Positions 52,850-64,000 of a stretch of 64,000 bases of DNA are shown here, piece by piece. A program made the translations under genes and the position numbers. Source of the stretch: Carcharhinus longimanus (taxonomy: Eukaryota); contig JASCQW010000098.1 in NCBI GenBank assembly GCA_030264375.1, positions 40,416,320 through 40,480,319 of the forward strand. The letters are read 5' to 3'. Position 1 is the first letter of the stretch, and each line of letters starts with the position of its first letter. The notes beneath the pieces were generated by a model. The model searched no databases. It worked only from the letters and a program-made list of their open reading frames with translations, and was not told the origin of the DNA.

Positions 52850-53900
52850 AAATGGCACCTTCACACATTGGTGCCATAGAGGGAAATGAATGTGATCAGC
52901 CAGAGGCAGAGCAACAAGACACGAGGAAGAGTCAGTACTGTGTGTACCAGGAAGGATGACAAAGGACATACTGACTATGGAGCTCACACCTCTGAAATAA
53001 TGCCAAAGGCAGTTGAGGTTAAGCTGAGAGATTGTCACCAACATGTGTGGCATGGTGCAGCAATATCTTGATCCATAGTCTGTTGATCCATTTGCCCTGA
53101 CAGTGTCTGTAAATGTTACTGTGGCTCTCAATTTTTATGCAACAGACTCTTTCCAGTGCTCAGCAGGAGGCCTGCCTGGAATCTCACAATCTGCTGCACA
53201 AAGTTGCATCAAAGCAGTAACTGATGCCCTGTTTGCTCATGTGGACAACAATATTAACTTCTCCCTTGATTTGGTGACTAGTAACAGAGGGCCTTTTGCA
53301 CAATTAGCAGTCTTGTCTCAGCTGCCACAATAAAGCCTTCAACTTAGCTACTGGGCATCTTCATCAATGTCTAGGCAATTTGTGACTATAGTAAAGTTTT
53401 TTTTTAGGTATGTGCAAGGTTTCTAAGTAACTCCATCATGCTGAGGAATTTCAAACTCCCTTATCTTTTCATACATAGAGACCTATTTGTGGTTGGATTT
53501 GGTGGGGGGGGAGAGTGAAGGGCTAGCTGATGACCACCTTTAGGTGTCCTTACCTACACGAAATGTAAATACAACAGTAGCCATTGGCATTCTGAAATTG
53601 CACTTCCAATGTCTTAACAACTCAGGTGGAGTTCCGTCATAACCCCCTGTAAAGAGTATGCAGAATTGTAATCGTATGCTTCATCATATTGTGCCATGGA
53701 AGAGCCTGCAACCTGAGGAGAAAGATACCATGGCCAGAGCTCCATCATCTAAGGAGAAGGATGCTCATAAGGAAGAGGAAGCCCCTGTCCATTCTCAGGA
53801 ACATGGTATGAAAAAGGATGAGGAAGGCAGCAGTGGAAGAGCAGCTGAGAGGCATGACCAAGTAGCCAGGGCTGATTCTGTGCAGGAAGGGCTCGGTGCC
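52850..53900 (+). pseudogene. PIF/Harbinger DDE transposase (HARBI1-like) relic in PCDH17 intron 1
   Basis: VTVALNFYATDSFQCSAGGLPGISQSAAQSCIKAVTDALF (53103-53250), later ..VCARF.. and IGILKLHFQCLNNSGG (~53583-53630). Multiple stops and frameshifts. Confidence 0.75.
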
Positions 53901-56900
53901 AAATGTGTCCTGATGCACAACAGACTCACACAGGTTCCACACATTTAACACTTCCCTGGTCGGTTACTTCCTCATAACATTGAGCCTGCAGTTACTCAGG
54001 GATATTCCTGACAAGAGAGAAAAGCAACAACGATAAGTTTACTCAGTTATATAAATAAGGCACAAACCATCACCCTCATAACTGTCAACCACAGCACGTT
54101 GTAAACACCCAGTGTGAAACATCATCACAATCTTGACCCTTCAACTCATCGCCAGTGCTGTCAATGAGGTGCTCTTACCTACTCAAACCATGCCCTCAAT
54201 ATGGAGATTGCCAGTAGGAATTATGACTTCACATCTAATACTGGTTGATATGATTGTTTTTGCCAATCTACATGCAGATAATGCAAATTATGAAGAATGA
54301 GGCCATGGCTATGCTCAACCAGCTCTTTGAATTACTATGTCATCATCCATTCACCTTCATGGCCCAGTCTTAGTACTAGACAACATGCAATCCTACCACA
54401 AATCTTGGTTTCTTACACCTATGTCATTTGGAATGCAAAGGCATCCAAAGTATTGTGGATAACAGACAAGCAATCTTCCCTGCAGTATATATGGCACCCT
54501 GACCTATCTTACCTGCACTTCGGTACTGCATAACACTTATGTGACGATGACTGCTTTACATCCAACACTCAGGTGAGATGCACCTGATTAATTCCATCTG
54601 ATCATTGAGTCTGATCATTAGTCTCCTTTAAAGGCAACCCTGGGTGGACAATGAATGATGCGAGGAGCACTTCAGTCTTTGTATTTTTATTTGCTACTAC
54701 CTTACGTGAAAGACCAGAGAAAGAAGAAGCCTTCCTCTGCCTCACAAATATGGTCACACCCTTGATCCTGATGTTAATGTGAAATGTATCTCAGCATGCT
54801 GCCTTCTGTGTTCCAAGTAAAAACATGCTTCATAATGTTTGCAATACCATTGAAATTTGTATTGTACAAACACCGAGACAACAAAGAGTGTGTATACATG
54901 TAATCAAAAATACGCCTAATTGTGGTATGTACAGTGTGAAACGTGTAATCATGCTGAACCCACGAGTGCTTTAGGCAAGATGGCACCCTACACTTGTGCA
55001 CATACCTACAAAGTGGCCACTGTGTTGCCACAGAGAAACTGGAACCAGGCTTCTTACTTCTTGGGTAGAATTTACTGGCCATTTCCATGTATCTGTGAGA
55101 CCTTCTGGTCCCACTGACTGCGAACCCCCGCCACAGGTTTCCCTGCAGTGAGAGACACCCTGTTAACAATGGTGGTCACCTCTGCTGCTGCAGAATGCAC
55201 AAAAATCCCAGCTCTTGTTTTATAAGACATTGAGGACTGTGGTGAGTTGCCTAATCATGCAGCCATCTATGGGTGATCACCTTCAGATCACGGCCTCTAC
55301 ATCTCTATGTAGACAGCTGTGGTTACTAGCACTTGTNNNNNNNNNNNNNNNNNNNNNNNNNNNNNNNNNNNNNNNNNNNNNNNNNNNNNNNNNNNNNNNN
55401 NNNNNNNNNNNNNNNNNNNNNNNNNNNNNNNNNNNNCATCTCTATGTAGACAGCTGTGGTTACTAGCATTTGTAAAACAGGTGAGGGCTCTGGTGAAGGG
55501 GCTGATCAGTGGAGGAAGAGGGTGCTGAGAAACTCATGTTACTTTTAGACTCTTCAGTTACGTCCTTTAGCCTTCAGATGGGGTTGATGGATCTGGCTGC
55601 AGGTGCGCAGCAGTTGTCCATTCCAGCAACAATTATGCCAACAGTGCAACTGTCCTGTTCAGGGTTTGCAGCGCTCCCCTTATGTATTCCATATGTCAGT
55701 GTTCACACTATGATTGGACTGATCCAAGCTGCTAAGGGAGTTAAGCAGTCTTTCCTGGCTGAGATGCTGCTCTTGCATCCACTCCAAGTGTTGTTACATG
55801 TGTCTCTCCATAAAATTGGCCAATTTCTCATGGTTGGAGCTCCTGTAGTTAAGCATCTGAGATAATGTGAAGCTTATCAATGCCTTGGACACCTCCTCCC
55901 TCAGCACATGAACCTGCATTGCCTCAGTGAATGCCTTCAGATGTCNNNNNNNNNNNNNNNNNNNNNNNNNNNNNNNNNNNNNNNNNNNNNNNNNNNNNNN
56001 NNNNNNNNNNNNNNNNNNNNNNNNNNNNNNNNNNNNNNNNNNNNNTCAGATGTCCACACATCTGCATCTGACCGCCCAAATATTGCATCTCAAAAGGTTA
56101 CACTTGAGACTCCATGTTCCTGCCCACTGGAGCATTACTGTGCGTGTCTTTCCTCCCTCCTCCATGGGGGACTGTACACATATGTCACTGACTCTGACAC
56201 CAAATCCTACACCCTGGTGCGGTACTGTTTATCCAGTGCTATCGACTCTACATGTGCGCTGCATCTCCAAACGGCGGTATCTGAGTTGGTGGAGTGTGAG
56301 CTTGTATGGTGTTATCTCATACTCAGTGAACTGACAGCTTTACCTTCACCATTGCTACCATGTTGCAAAATGCATTTAACATATCTTATCTGCTGTAGGT
56401 GATTCTCTGACAGCCAACTGGACAGGCATGCTGGCTAATTCCTTGGCTATCTGCTCAACTGAATGAATTATCTGCAACCTTGCTGAACCACCCCCATCCT
56501 GGCCGTCTCCCTCATAGACCCCAAGACAACATGAATTTATGTTAGCCTGATATTTAATGCTGCAGGGAGAATTCTGTTTAATGTGTCTGTACATTGCAGT
56601 GCTTTTCACATCAGTACTAAGCGTGGCTACATGAACAGTTTGGACATAAAAGCCTCAGTGCTATAGCAGAAGCATGTGATGAGTCTCACACCTTAGCCAC
56701 AGCATGCAGATGCAACATCTTACTTAGACCTTTGTGAGGATGTGCCAGAAGACTCATCTTGTTGGAATGCAACAACCATGGAACCTTACTGCCTTCATTT
56801 TGGTGAGGATGTTGCACTGGCCAGCAGAAAAATTAATTTACCTTCTCTCTGTACCTCTTCTACCAAAATTCTCAGGCCCTGGTCACTGAACCTTTGTGCT

Positions 56901-57800
56901 GCAATAAAAATGTAAAAGGAGAAGGGGCATGACTCATGCACCTGACAATGCTTTCAATCACATTTGTATGCCTGCATGCACTAACTTTTCTCCATATCAT
57001 CACTGAGTACTGTAAAGGTTAGGGGAGCAAATAGCCCTGCACAAATGCATGATGCTATGGATATTACAGCTGTCACTCCCAGATTGCATGCTGCACTCCT
57101 GATCATTAACTGCCCTACTGTTTCACTCTTGTGCCATGCCATTTGCAGTTATGAGGAATCTAGTAAATGGTCAGCTGTGTCAGTGCTTTCTGATAGACAG
57201 GTAGCAAGAGGGCAGGTGGATAGGCTAAAGGATGTTGGCACTGCTCACCATAACTTTATTGAGGCATAGTATTTAACTATGTTACCGCAAAATATATTTA
57301 GTAGGTCATACTGCCAAGATGCTGTCATCTCCATGGCTGTATCTTGTGAAGCCACTTGATGCTTTCACTGGTTCAGTGCACTCCTTTCGTACAATGTGAG
57401 TGGACAGCAGCTATGAGAATTTTTCCCAAGGGAGAGCCCATGATGGGCCATCTGTTCCAGGGTCAGCAACCAGTTGAACAACATTTAGAGAGTTTACATT
57501 CATTTGAGCGGTCAGTGATGTCTCCTCCAATGAACAGACAGTAAACCATCGACTTTCTTGCTCAGAAAAGAGCCTTCTTCATGGCCCAGTTTGTATGCCT
57601 GACGAGTTCCCCAACGCACACTGGTCTTGCTTCCACCTCTGCACTACTTCTGTAGAACTCCCATTACATCCCGTCCTGACCTCAAAACTGTTTTTGTTTA
57701 AATTGTGCATTTTGAGGAACAGCAGAAAATCTTGTGCTCTTTATAGTGAAGGAATTGAACTGCTTTTTCCTCATTACTTCTAGAGCGAACATGTTCCAGC

Positions 57801-57895
57801 TTAGAACATAGAACAGTGCAGCACAGTACAGGCCCTTCGGCCCTCGATGTTGTGCCGAGCTATGTCCGAATCCAAGATCAAGCTATCCCACTCCC
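57801..57895 (-). mobile_element. Young CR1 3' tail adjoining a gap
   Basis: agaacatagaacagtgcagcacagtacaggcccttcggccctcgatgttgtgccga; CpGs retained. Confidence 0.7.
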
Positions 57896-60134
57896 NNNNN
57901 NNNNNNNNNNNNNNNNNNNNNNNNNNNNNNNNNNNNNNNNNNNNNNNNNNNNNNNNNNNNNNNNNNNNNNNNNNNNNNNNNNNNNNNNNNNNNNNNNNNN
58001 NNNNNNNNNNNNNNNNNNNNNNNNNNNNNNNNNNNNNNNNNNNNNNNNNNNNNNNNNNNNNNNNNNNNNNNNNNNNNNNNNNNNNNNNNNNNNNNNNNNN
58101 NNNNNNNNNNNNNNNNNNNNNNNNNNNNNNNNNNNNNNNNNNNNNNNNNNNNNNNNNNNNNNNNNNNNNNNNNNNNNNNNNNNNNNNNNNNNNNNNNNNN
58201 NNNNNNNNNNNNNNNNNNNNNNNNNNNNNNNNNNNNNNNNNNNNNNNNNNNNNNNNNNNNNNNNNNNNNNNNNNNNNNNNNNNNNNNNNNNNNNNNNNNN
58301 NNNNNNNNNNNNNNNNNNNNNNNNNNNNNNNNNNNNNNNNNNNNNNNNNNNNNNNNNNNNNNNNNNNNNNNNNNNNNNNNNNNNNNNNNNNNNNNNNNNN
58401 NNNNNNNNNNCTTGATAACAGAACAGGAGTCCCGATACTCTGCTTCAACAATGCACTTCAACCTCAACCTCAGAAGATTTGGCCCCACTGCACCAATGTA
58501 ACTTGTCTAATTCCTTACATAAATTACCCTCAGGATTTTTCTGAGTCAGATTACCAATTTAATGCAGATTCATTGGCATTTTTGTGCTTTTCTACCATTC
58601 CCACGAGGAGATGAATTCTGATTGCTCAAATTGGTTTCATGTTGGTCTACTGAAATCAACTGAGAAAGGGATAGCTTTGATTGGCCCAGACTTCGATTCT
58701 GATCCAAATCTCAGTGGTGATCGTTGTGGTAATTCATTGCACCAGGCAGCCTCTCTATGTATGTTTAAAAATATTCTGCCCCTTTTATTAATAACATATT
58801 TGTATGTGCTAATTTTATTTAAACTTCCCACAAGTAAAATTAGGGGGGTTTATTATGGTTTCCCAGCTAATGCCAGTTGGCATGTCTGCTTTGCATGGCT
58901 TCAGCTTTCAAGAGCTTATGAGAAAGAAAATTGGGTTTTCCATCAGATTCAACATTGTAGATTAGTGCCGGGGGAAAGATTTTAATGTTTGAATTTGAGA
59001 GAAGTTTTCATTTACTGGGCTAAATGTGGTTAATATCCAATAAAACAAATATTTATACAAGTTCTATATAAAAACAGAGATAATAAGCTTCAGGCATCAG
59101 AATAGGTTCATAACACTTTCAAAAGCGTAGGATATTGGTCCGAAGAGAGAGAGAAACATAAACAGAGAGAGCAATAAGAAACTGCAGAAAACTTTCAAAT
59201 TATCTCTTGTCTTTCTCTGTGCCTTTTAGGGGGCAGGAGTATTTAGGAACATGAATTAAAATCAGCTCAGAAATACATTTTAAAATTGGTTTTTATTTTA
59301 TGCAGCAAAATTGACTGCCCAATACATGTGTGGAACCTCATGCGTGTAAAGCGAAAATAATACTTCAGCCAACACATTATTCCTAGCAACTCTTCCCAAA
59401 CCATATTTATATGCCTGTGCCTGCTTTCTTCTACGTATTTTGGTTTACTTACTGAAGAATCTTCAAAAGCTTCTGCATCATTCAGAGGAAGGTTTTTTTT
59501 GAACATGGCTCATCTTTTTAATTTTTAGTAGAATATTATCAGATTGGGAAGGATTACTGTATGAATGTAGCCACATACCAGCAAATTAGTTTGCCCCTGG
59601 TTATGAAAAGTGCCAGACAGCAGCCATCTTAGTGAAATAATTTTCCAACAGCAAATGTTAGTGGGATTTTGATATTTCAATGAGATGATCACTAGTGAAT
59701 ATATTTCAGCATTGACAAGGCCGTTACATTTAAACATAATTTAGTATCTATTAGAGGCTTACTTTTTAAGATTGATGGAAGTGCATACTAGATATATGCA
59801 AATACAGTTCTTGTCACACGCAAGCTACTGTACATTTGAGTAAGTTATTTGAAACCTATTACTTTTATCTTCTTTTGTTCTCATGAAAATTTATTTAATG
59901 TTTAAAACTTAGTCATTCAGCTTATTCAGAAATGTAGCGTTTACAATTCTTGTGCTGCATAAAGCATACTTTTCTCAAAACCATAAAGAACTGATGAAGC
60001 AGAAAATCTGTTCTTATTGAGTATGAATTAGCCTTGTTTTGGCAATGTTTGGATATAATGTTTGCTTGTAATGGGCAAGCTGGTTTGGCAGCCTAGTGTA
60101 GTGTAGTGATGCCTGGCTCTAAATGTACTGCGAT

Positions 60135-60520
60135 CTCAGTCTCAGCTAAGTGGGTAGCACTCTAGCCTTTGCTAGAAGATATAGCTCCCTGGTCCCAATC
60201 CATGAAACTTGAACACATAATCTAATACCATACTGAGGGAGTCCCAAACTGTCAGAGATGTGAGATTTGATACTAAGCCGAGGTGTCTCAGGTGAATAAA
60301 AAAGATCTCATGGTACTGTCTGCAAAAAAGCAAGGTACTTTTCCTCAGTGTCTTGGTCAATATTTATCTGTCGACCTACATATTGAAACAGATTGTCAGA
60401 TCGTTTCATTAACTCATTGTTGGAGCCTTGCTGTGTACGGAAATTGCCGTTTTTTCGCATCAAAACCTGAAAAGTGCTTCGGGGCATTCTGAGGTTGTGA
60501 AAGATAGATACAATTTTTAC
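60135..60520 (+). mobile_element. Deu-domain SINE
   Basis: tRNA-like head; tggagccttgctgtgtacggaaattgcc core; ctgaggttgtgaaag tail. Confidence 0.6.
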
Positions 60521-61000
60521 TATCGCTTTCCATCTTGCATTCTAGCTTTCCGGTGTGTGCAGCCTTGAAAACACCCCTTTCCCTTTGCCATACCGAGCTA
60601 AACCATTTTGTTTGCTATCAGATCCAGACATTGGATGCATGATGTAAGCTACCATTGTGATGTTATAAAAAACAGAGTTGCTCATCTCCATTGCTCCTTA
60701 GTAACACTGTAACAGTACGTTTTAAAATAATCAATGTGTACCAGAGTTGCCCTATTCATTACCTGCATTCAGGGTGATTCCAAGATGGTTTTTCATTTGA
60801 TATGCATGTTATTTAACACTTACTACAAGCATACTCATATACACATACATGGAGAGACCCACACAGTTTAACAGTCAGATCTCAGATAAAGTATCATATT
60901 TCTGTTAAAATCTATATGCAGTGCATCAGATAGACACAGAGTAACCCTATAATCCCATTCTGTAGACACTGGAGAGGCTGAGAAATAAGAAATCAGATGA

Positions 61001-61190
61001 TATTGACAGGTTAGCACCATTAATAGGATTCAGAACTGTTTTATTGACAAGGCAGTACTGTTAATATGACCTACTGTATTAAATTGACAGGAGAAATCTG
61101 GCAATAGAATCCTTTCTGTGCTGTAATTGACAGGGAAACCCTTTCAATAGGGTCTTAATGCGCTTTTTATTGACAATGTACCTATCACTA
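61001..61190. repeat. Array of five spaced dyad motifs, 40-43 bp period
   Basis: ATTGACA at 61002, 61043, 61083, 61126 and 61169. AATA lies exactly 20 nt downstream of the motif start in units 1-4. Confidence 0.8.
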
Positions 61191-63762
61191 AGTACATATA
61201 TTTGCTGAATGATGTAAATATGCTGAATGCCATAGTACAGTCAAGGCAGCAGTGTAGTTACTGGTGTTGTGGATTGTGTAATAGAAGAGTGAACTGATGT
61301 GTATGAAAAAAATCACGTCATGTAATATGCCCATAAAAAACAAACATTAATAAAATTGCCAACAACCACTCCAGTTATCCTAATACAATGTGACATATTC
61401 CATGTTTTTTTAAATGGATGAAGTCAAAACAAAGTGATTTTTCAGCACCAAGGGTATTTCTTGACAACTGCTTTCTAGTCTAGATTTTGTAAGTGCTTTA
61501 GACCTTATTACGTGAAATTCATGTAACCCAATGAGTCTTGGATTTTCTTAACTCTGTTACAAACAAAACAAAGAAACAACTGTGAGTTCTCTCAGGAATG
61601 TTGTGATTCAAAGGTTTCAGTAAATCCAGGCCTTTCCTCAAATGTGAGTTCATATTTAGCTGGATTTTCAAATTAGTTCATACGGATTTCATTACCTGAT
61701 ATGCTGGATGAAGTTACTGTGTAGCACTGATCTTCATTATTCCATGGCTTTCAAAAGATTGTCTAAAGCTGTGGGTGGACTTGCAAAGAATTCTGATTTC
61801 TTGATTGCTACTCACAAAGCATTTTGCCAAAATATCCATGGTTTTACTGAAAAGGGGGAAAAGGAGCAGAAGAAGTGATGAACAACTAATGCGTGTTTGA
61901 AACTGGGTGGTTTATGTACACTGTTGAAGCTTTGTTTATAAAGCTTATAAAAGGAAAGATGAATCATTGAAGTGAGAAGATTTACCTCTGTGTATCTGTT
62001 TGTTTGTTCTGTCACCGTCTTTAAATGGGGTGTTTTAAATGGTGAACAAGATCATGACCTGACTCATTATAGCTAGTTTAGAACAGGACCTTATTTACAT
62101 GTCACAAACAAGAAACCTGAGAAACTAGTATAATTTAAACAATCAGTGGAGCAGTATTAGGAGAAATAAAAGTTGGACAATTTGAAATGGTTCAGTTATG
62201 GTATCTCTGAGCACCACCTTTTTAGTCATGTCTCAAAAAATAGAAACACCAGAAACAGGAGGAAGCCATTCAGCTCCTCAACTGCTCTATGATTCAGTTA
62301 GTTTATGGCTGATTTGCACAGCAGCTGCATTTGTTCCATATCCCATGATTTTTTTCCTAACAAAACATGTATCTCAGTGTTGAAAGTTCCAATAGTCCCA
62401 ACATCCACATCATTTTGTGGAGAGTTGAGTTCCAAATTCCTGGAAAGAGAGTTCCAGATTTCAGATGCCTACTTTAAATTATTCCCAGGAAAAAGAAGAC
62501 TTAGTGAAAGAATTTCCTTAATGGGTGAATGGGTCAAGCATAGACAGCTAATAATCATGACAAGATAAAGATATGACACTGCATCATTTTATTACAATCT
62601 AACAAAGAAATGATCAACTGCCCAGCAAAGCTGAGACACTGCTAAGCATAAAATTGATCAGGGCTATAATTTTACACATGGAACCACAGATTCCATCACA
62701 AATTATCCAAAATCTCTTGGCTCATCAGTAAACCTTTATTCTGAGCAGAAGAGATCACTGTGTTATGATAAATAAAGTCTGGGACAATTAGAAAGAATTT
62801 CTATTTCTATCTAGAAAGAAATATAGAATTATGAATAATTTCTTAATACTATAAATAAAAGAACTATTTGAGATATCTAATTCTAGTGTATTTACAAAAC
62901 TTGTATCCTTATATTTGGTAAAAAGTTGTTCCTTTGATGTTTCTGCAGAAAAGGTGCAAACACCTATTCGTGTTGAGACAAATAAAATGGCACTTCATTT
63001 TGAACCTTTGCATTAGTATTTTACACTAAAAGAGATGTAACTTCTAACATTACATTGGAGGCAAGAATTTTGCATGGTTATTTAGCCCCTTGCAATTCTG
63101 TTTAATAGTTTTTATTTTAAAAGTTGAGAGTGGGGGATTTTACATTTGTTTAATGAAACAAATGGTGATGTTGAAAGTTCAAAGGTTACCTAGTCTGCTT
63201 AACTTCATCTCAACAGTGCCTAATGTATCTGTACATTATTCTTTGTGTGCTATTCTAAATGCAGTCTTTCATCTAATTGTGAATCCCCAAATAATTCACA
63301 GAGAAACTTGACACAAGTACCTCACATTAAGCCTTTCTGTTTAGAAGGAAAAGCTGTTGTTGCAATTCTGTGAATTATATAATTGCTTCTGAAACTGATT
63401 TAATACAACAATAAAAATTGTGATAAAAATGACGAATTGAAAATTACACCCAGAATTGCTTGATGCTGAGGGAGAATAAAGTTCCTCCCTGTTTCCATCC
63501 ATGCTCAAATTCAGATTCAACAGTTTAAAGAAATATTTTACTTTTGATAGTGGCACTGTTTAAACCAGCAAAATTCTTGCCCTATCTGTTTGTTTTGGAT
63601 AAACAGTTATAGAGGTAGGGGTTTTTTGAAAGCAATTATAGTGGACAAATCTAAAGATAAAAAGGATTTTATGAATTAATCATCTTCCTCTAGGAAATTT
63701 TGTTTCTCTCTAGATTTTAATATGTACCAATATACTTAAATTTCTTCATCTATTCTTCACAG

Positions 63763-63821
63763 ACAGACAATTTTCCCACAGAGCCCAATTACATGGGCAG
63801 CAGGCAGCAGTTTGTTCAAAG
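63763..63821 (+). CDS. PCDH17: Protocadherin-17 coding exon 2 (59 nt, TDNFPTEPNYMGSRQQFVQS)
   Basis: Pyrimidine tract tttcttcatctattcttcacAG before the exon and AG|GTAAGT donor after it. In frame with exon 1 (..MSLIQ|TDNFP..), matching the PCDH17 tail. Too short for the ORF track. Confidence 0.95.
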
Positions 63822-63939
63822 GTAAGTCCTGTTAAATGTCTTGCTCAGCCATTGCATTTGCATTCCTGTCTGCTTTGCTCAGTCAGGCCAAATTACTCAA
63901 AATTGATGCAGTGATGAACAGTGGTGTCTTTTGTTTCAG

Positions 63940-64000
63940 TAATTCCACATTCAAAGATCCAGAGAGAGTTAGTTTGAGGGACAGCGGACACGGAGACAGT
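63940..64000 (+). CDS. PCDH17: Protocadherin-17 coding exon 3, 5' part (runs off window): (S)NSTFKDPERVSLRDSGHGDS
   Basis: Acceptor gtcttttgtttcAG at 63938-63939. The phase-2 junction AG|T restores Ser. DSGHGDS is the start of the delta-protocadherin CM1 motif. Confidence 0.95.

Noticed and set aside
53103-53333. Functional host HARBI1 gene
   Set aside because: Fragmented by stops and frameshifts; it is a transposase fossil.
61001-61190. CRISPR array interpretation of the palindromic repeat-spacer pattern
   Set aside because: Vertebrate intron, repeats not identical, spacers only 15-18 nt, no cas genes or leader.

Overview
Eukaryotic (vertebrate) genomic DNA, most likely from a shark or other elasmobranch, judged from the HE1/V-SINE, Deu-domain SINE, CR1, L2 and Penelope-like repeats. 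The window is a gene-poor, repeat-rich, gapped draft assembly. It holds one host protein-coding gene, a delta-2 protocadherin recognisable as PCDH17 on the + strand. The gene has a CpG/CCAAT promoter at ~43.6-43.9 kb and a giant GC-rich first coding exon (45000-47471: signal peptide, 6 cadherin repeats, TM). A 16.3 kb intron follows, then a 59-nt exon 2 (63763-63821), a 118-nt intron and the start of exon 3 (63940 onward). Nearly all other ORFs in the track are decayed transposon pieces, N-run artefacts or shadow frames. The most notable unexplained signal is a phased array of five ~25-bp dyads (WATTGACAR-N7-CTGTCAATA-like, 40-43 bp period) in intron 1. Also notable are minimal hammerhead ribozyme motifs in two Penelope-type repeat families, one inside a large fold-back, and intron-bearing Myb/SANT and DDE relics of Harbinger transposons with their MITEs. 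There is no evidence of a prokaryotic-type system. Repeat boundaries are approximate and family names come from recalled motifs, not database searches.
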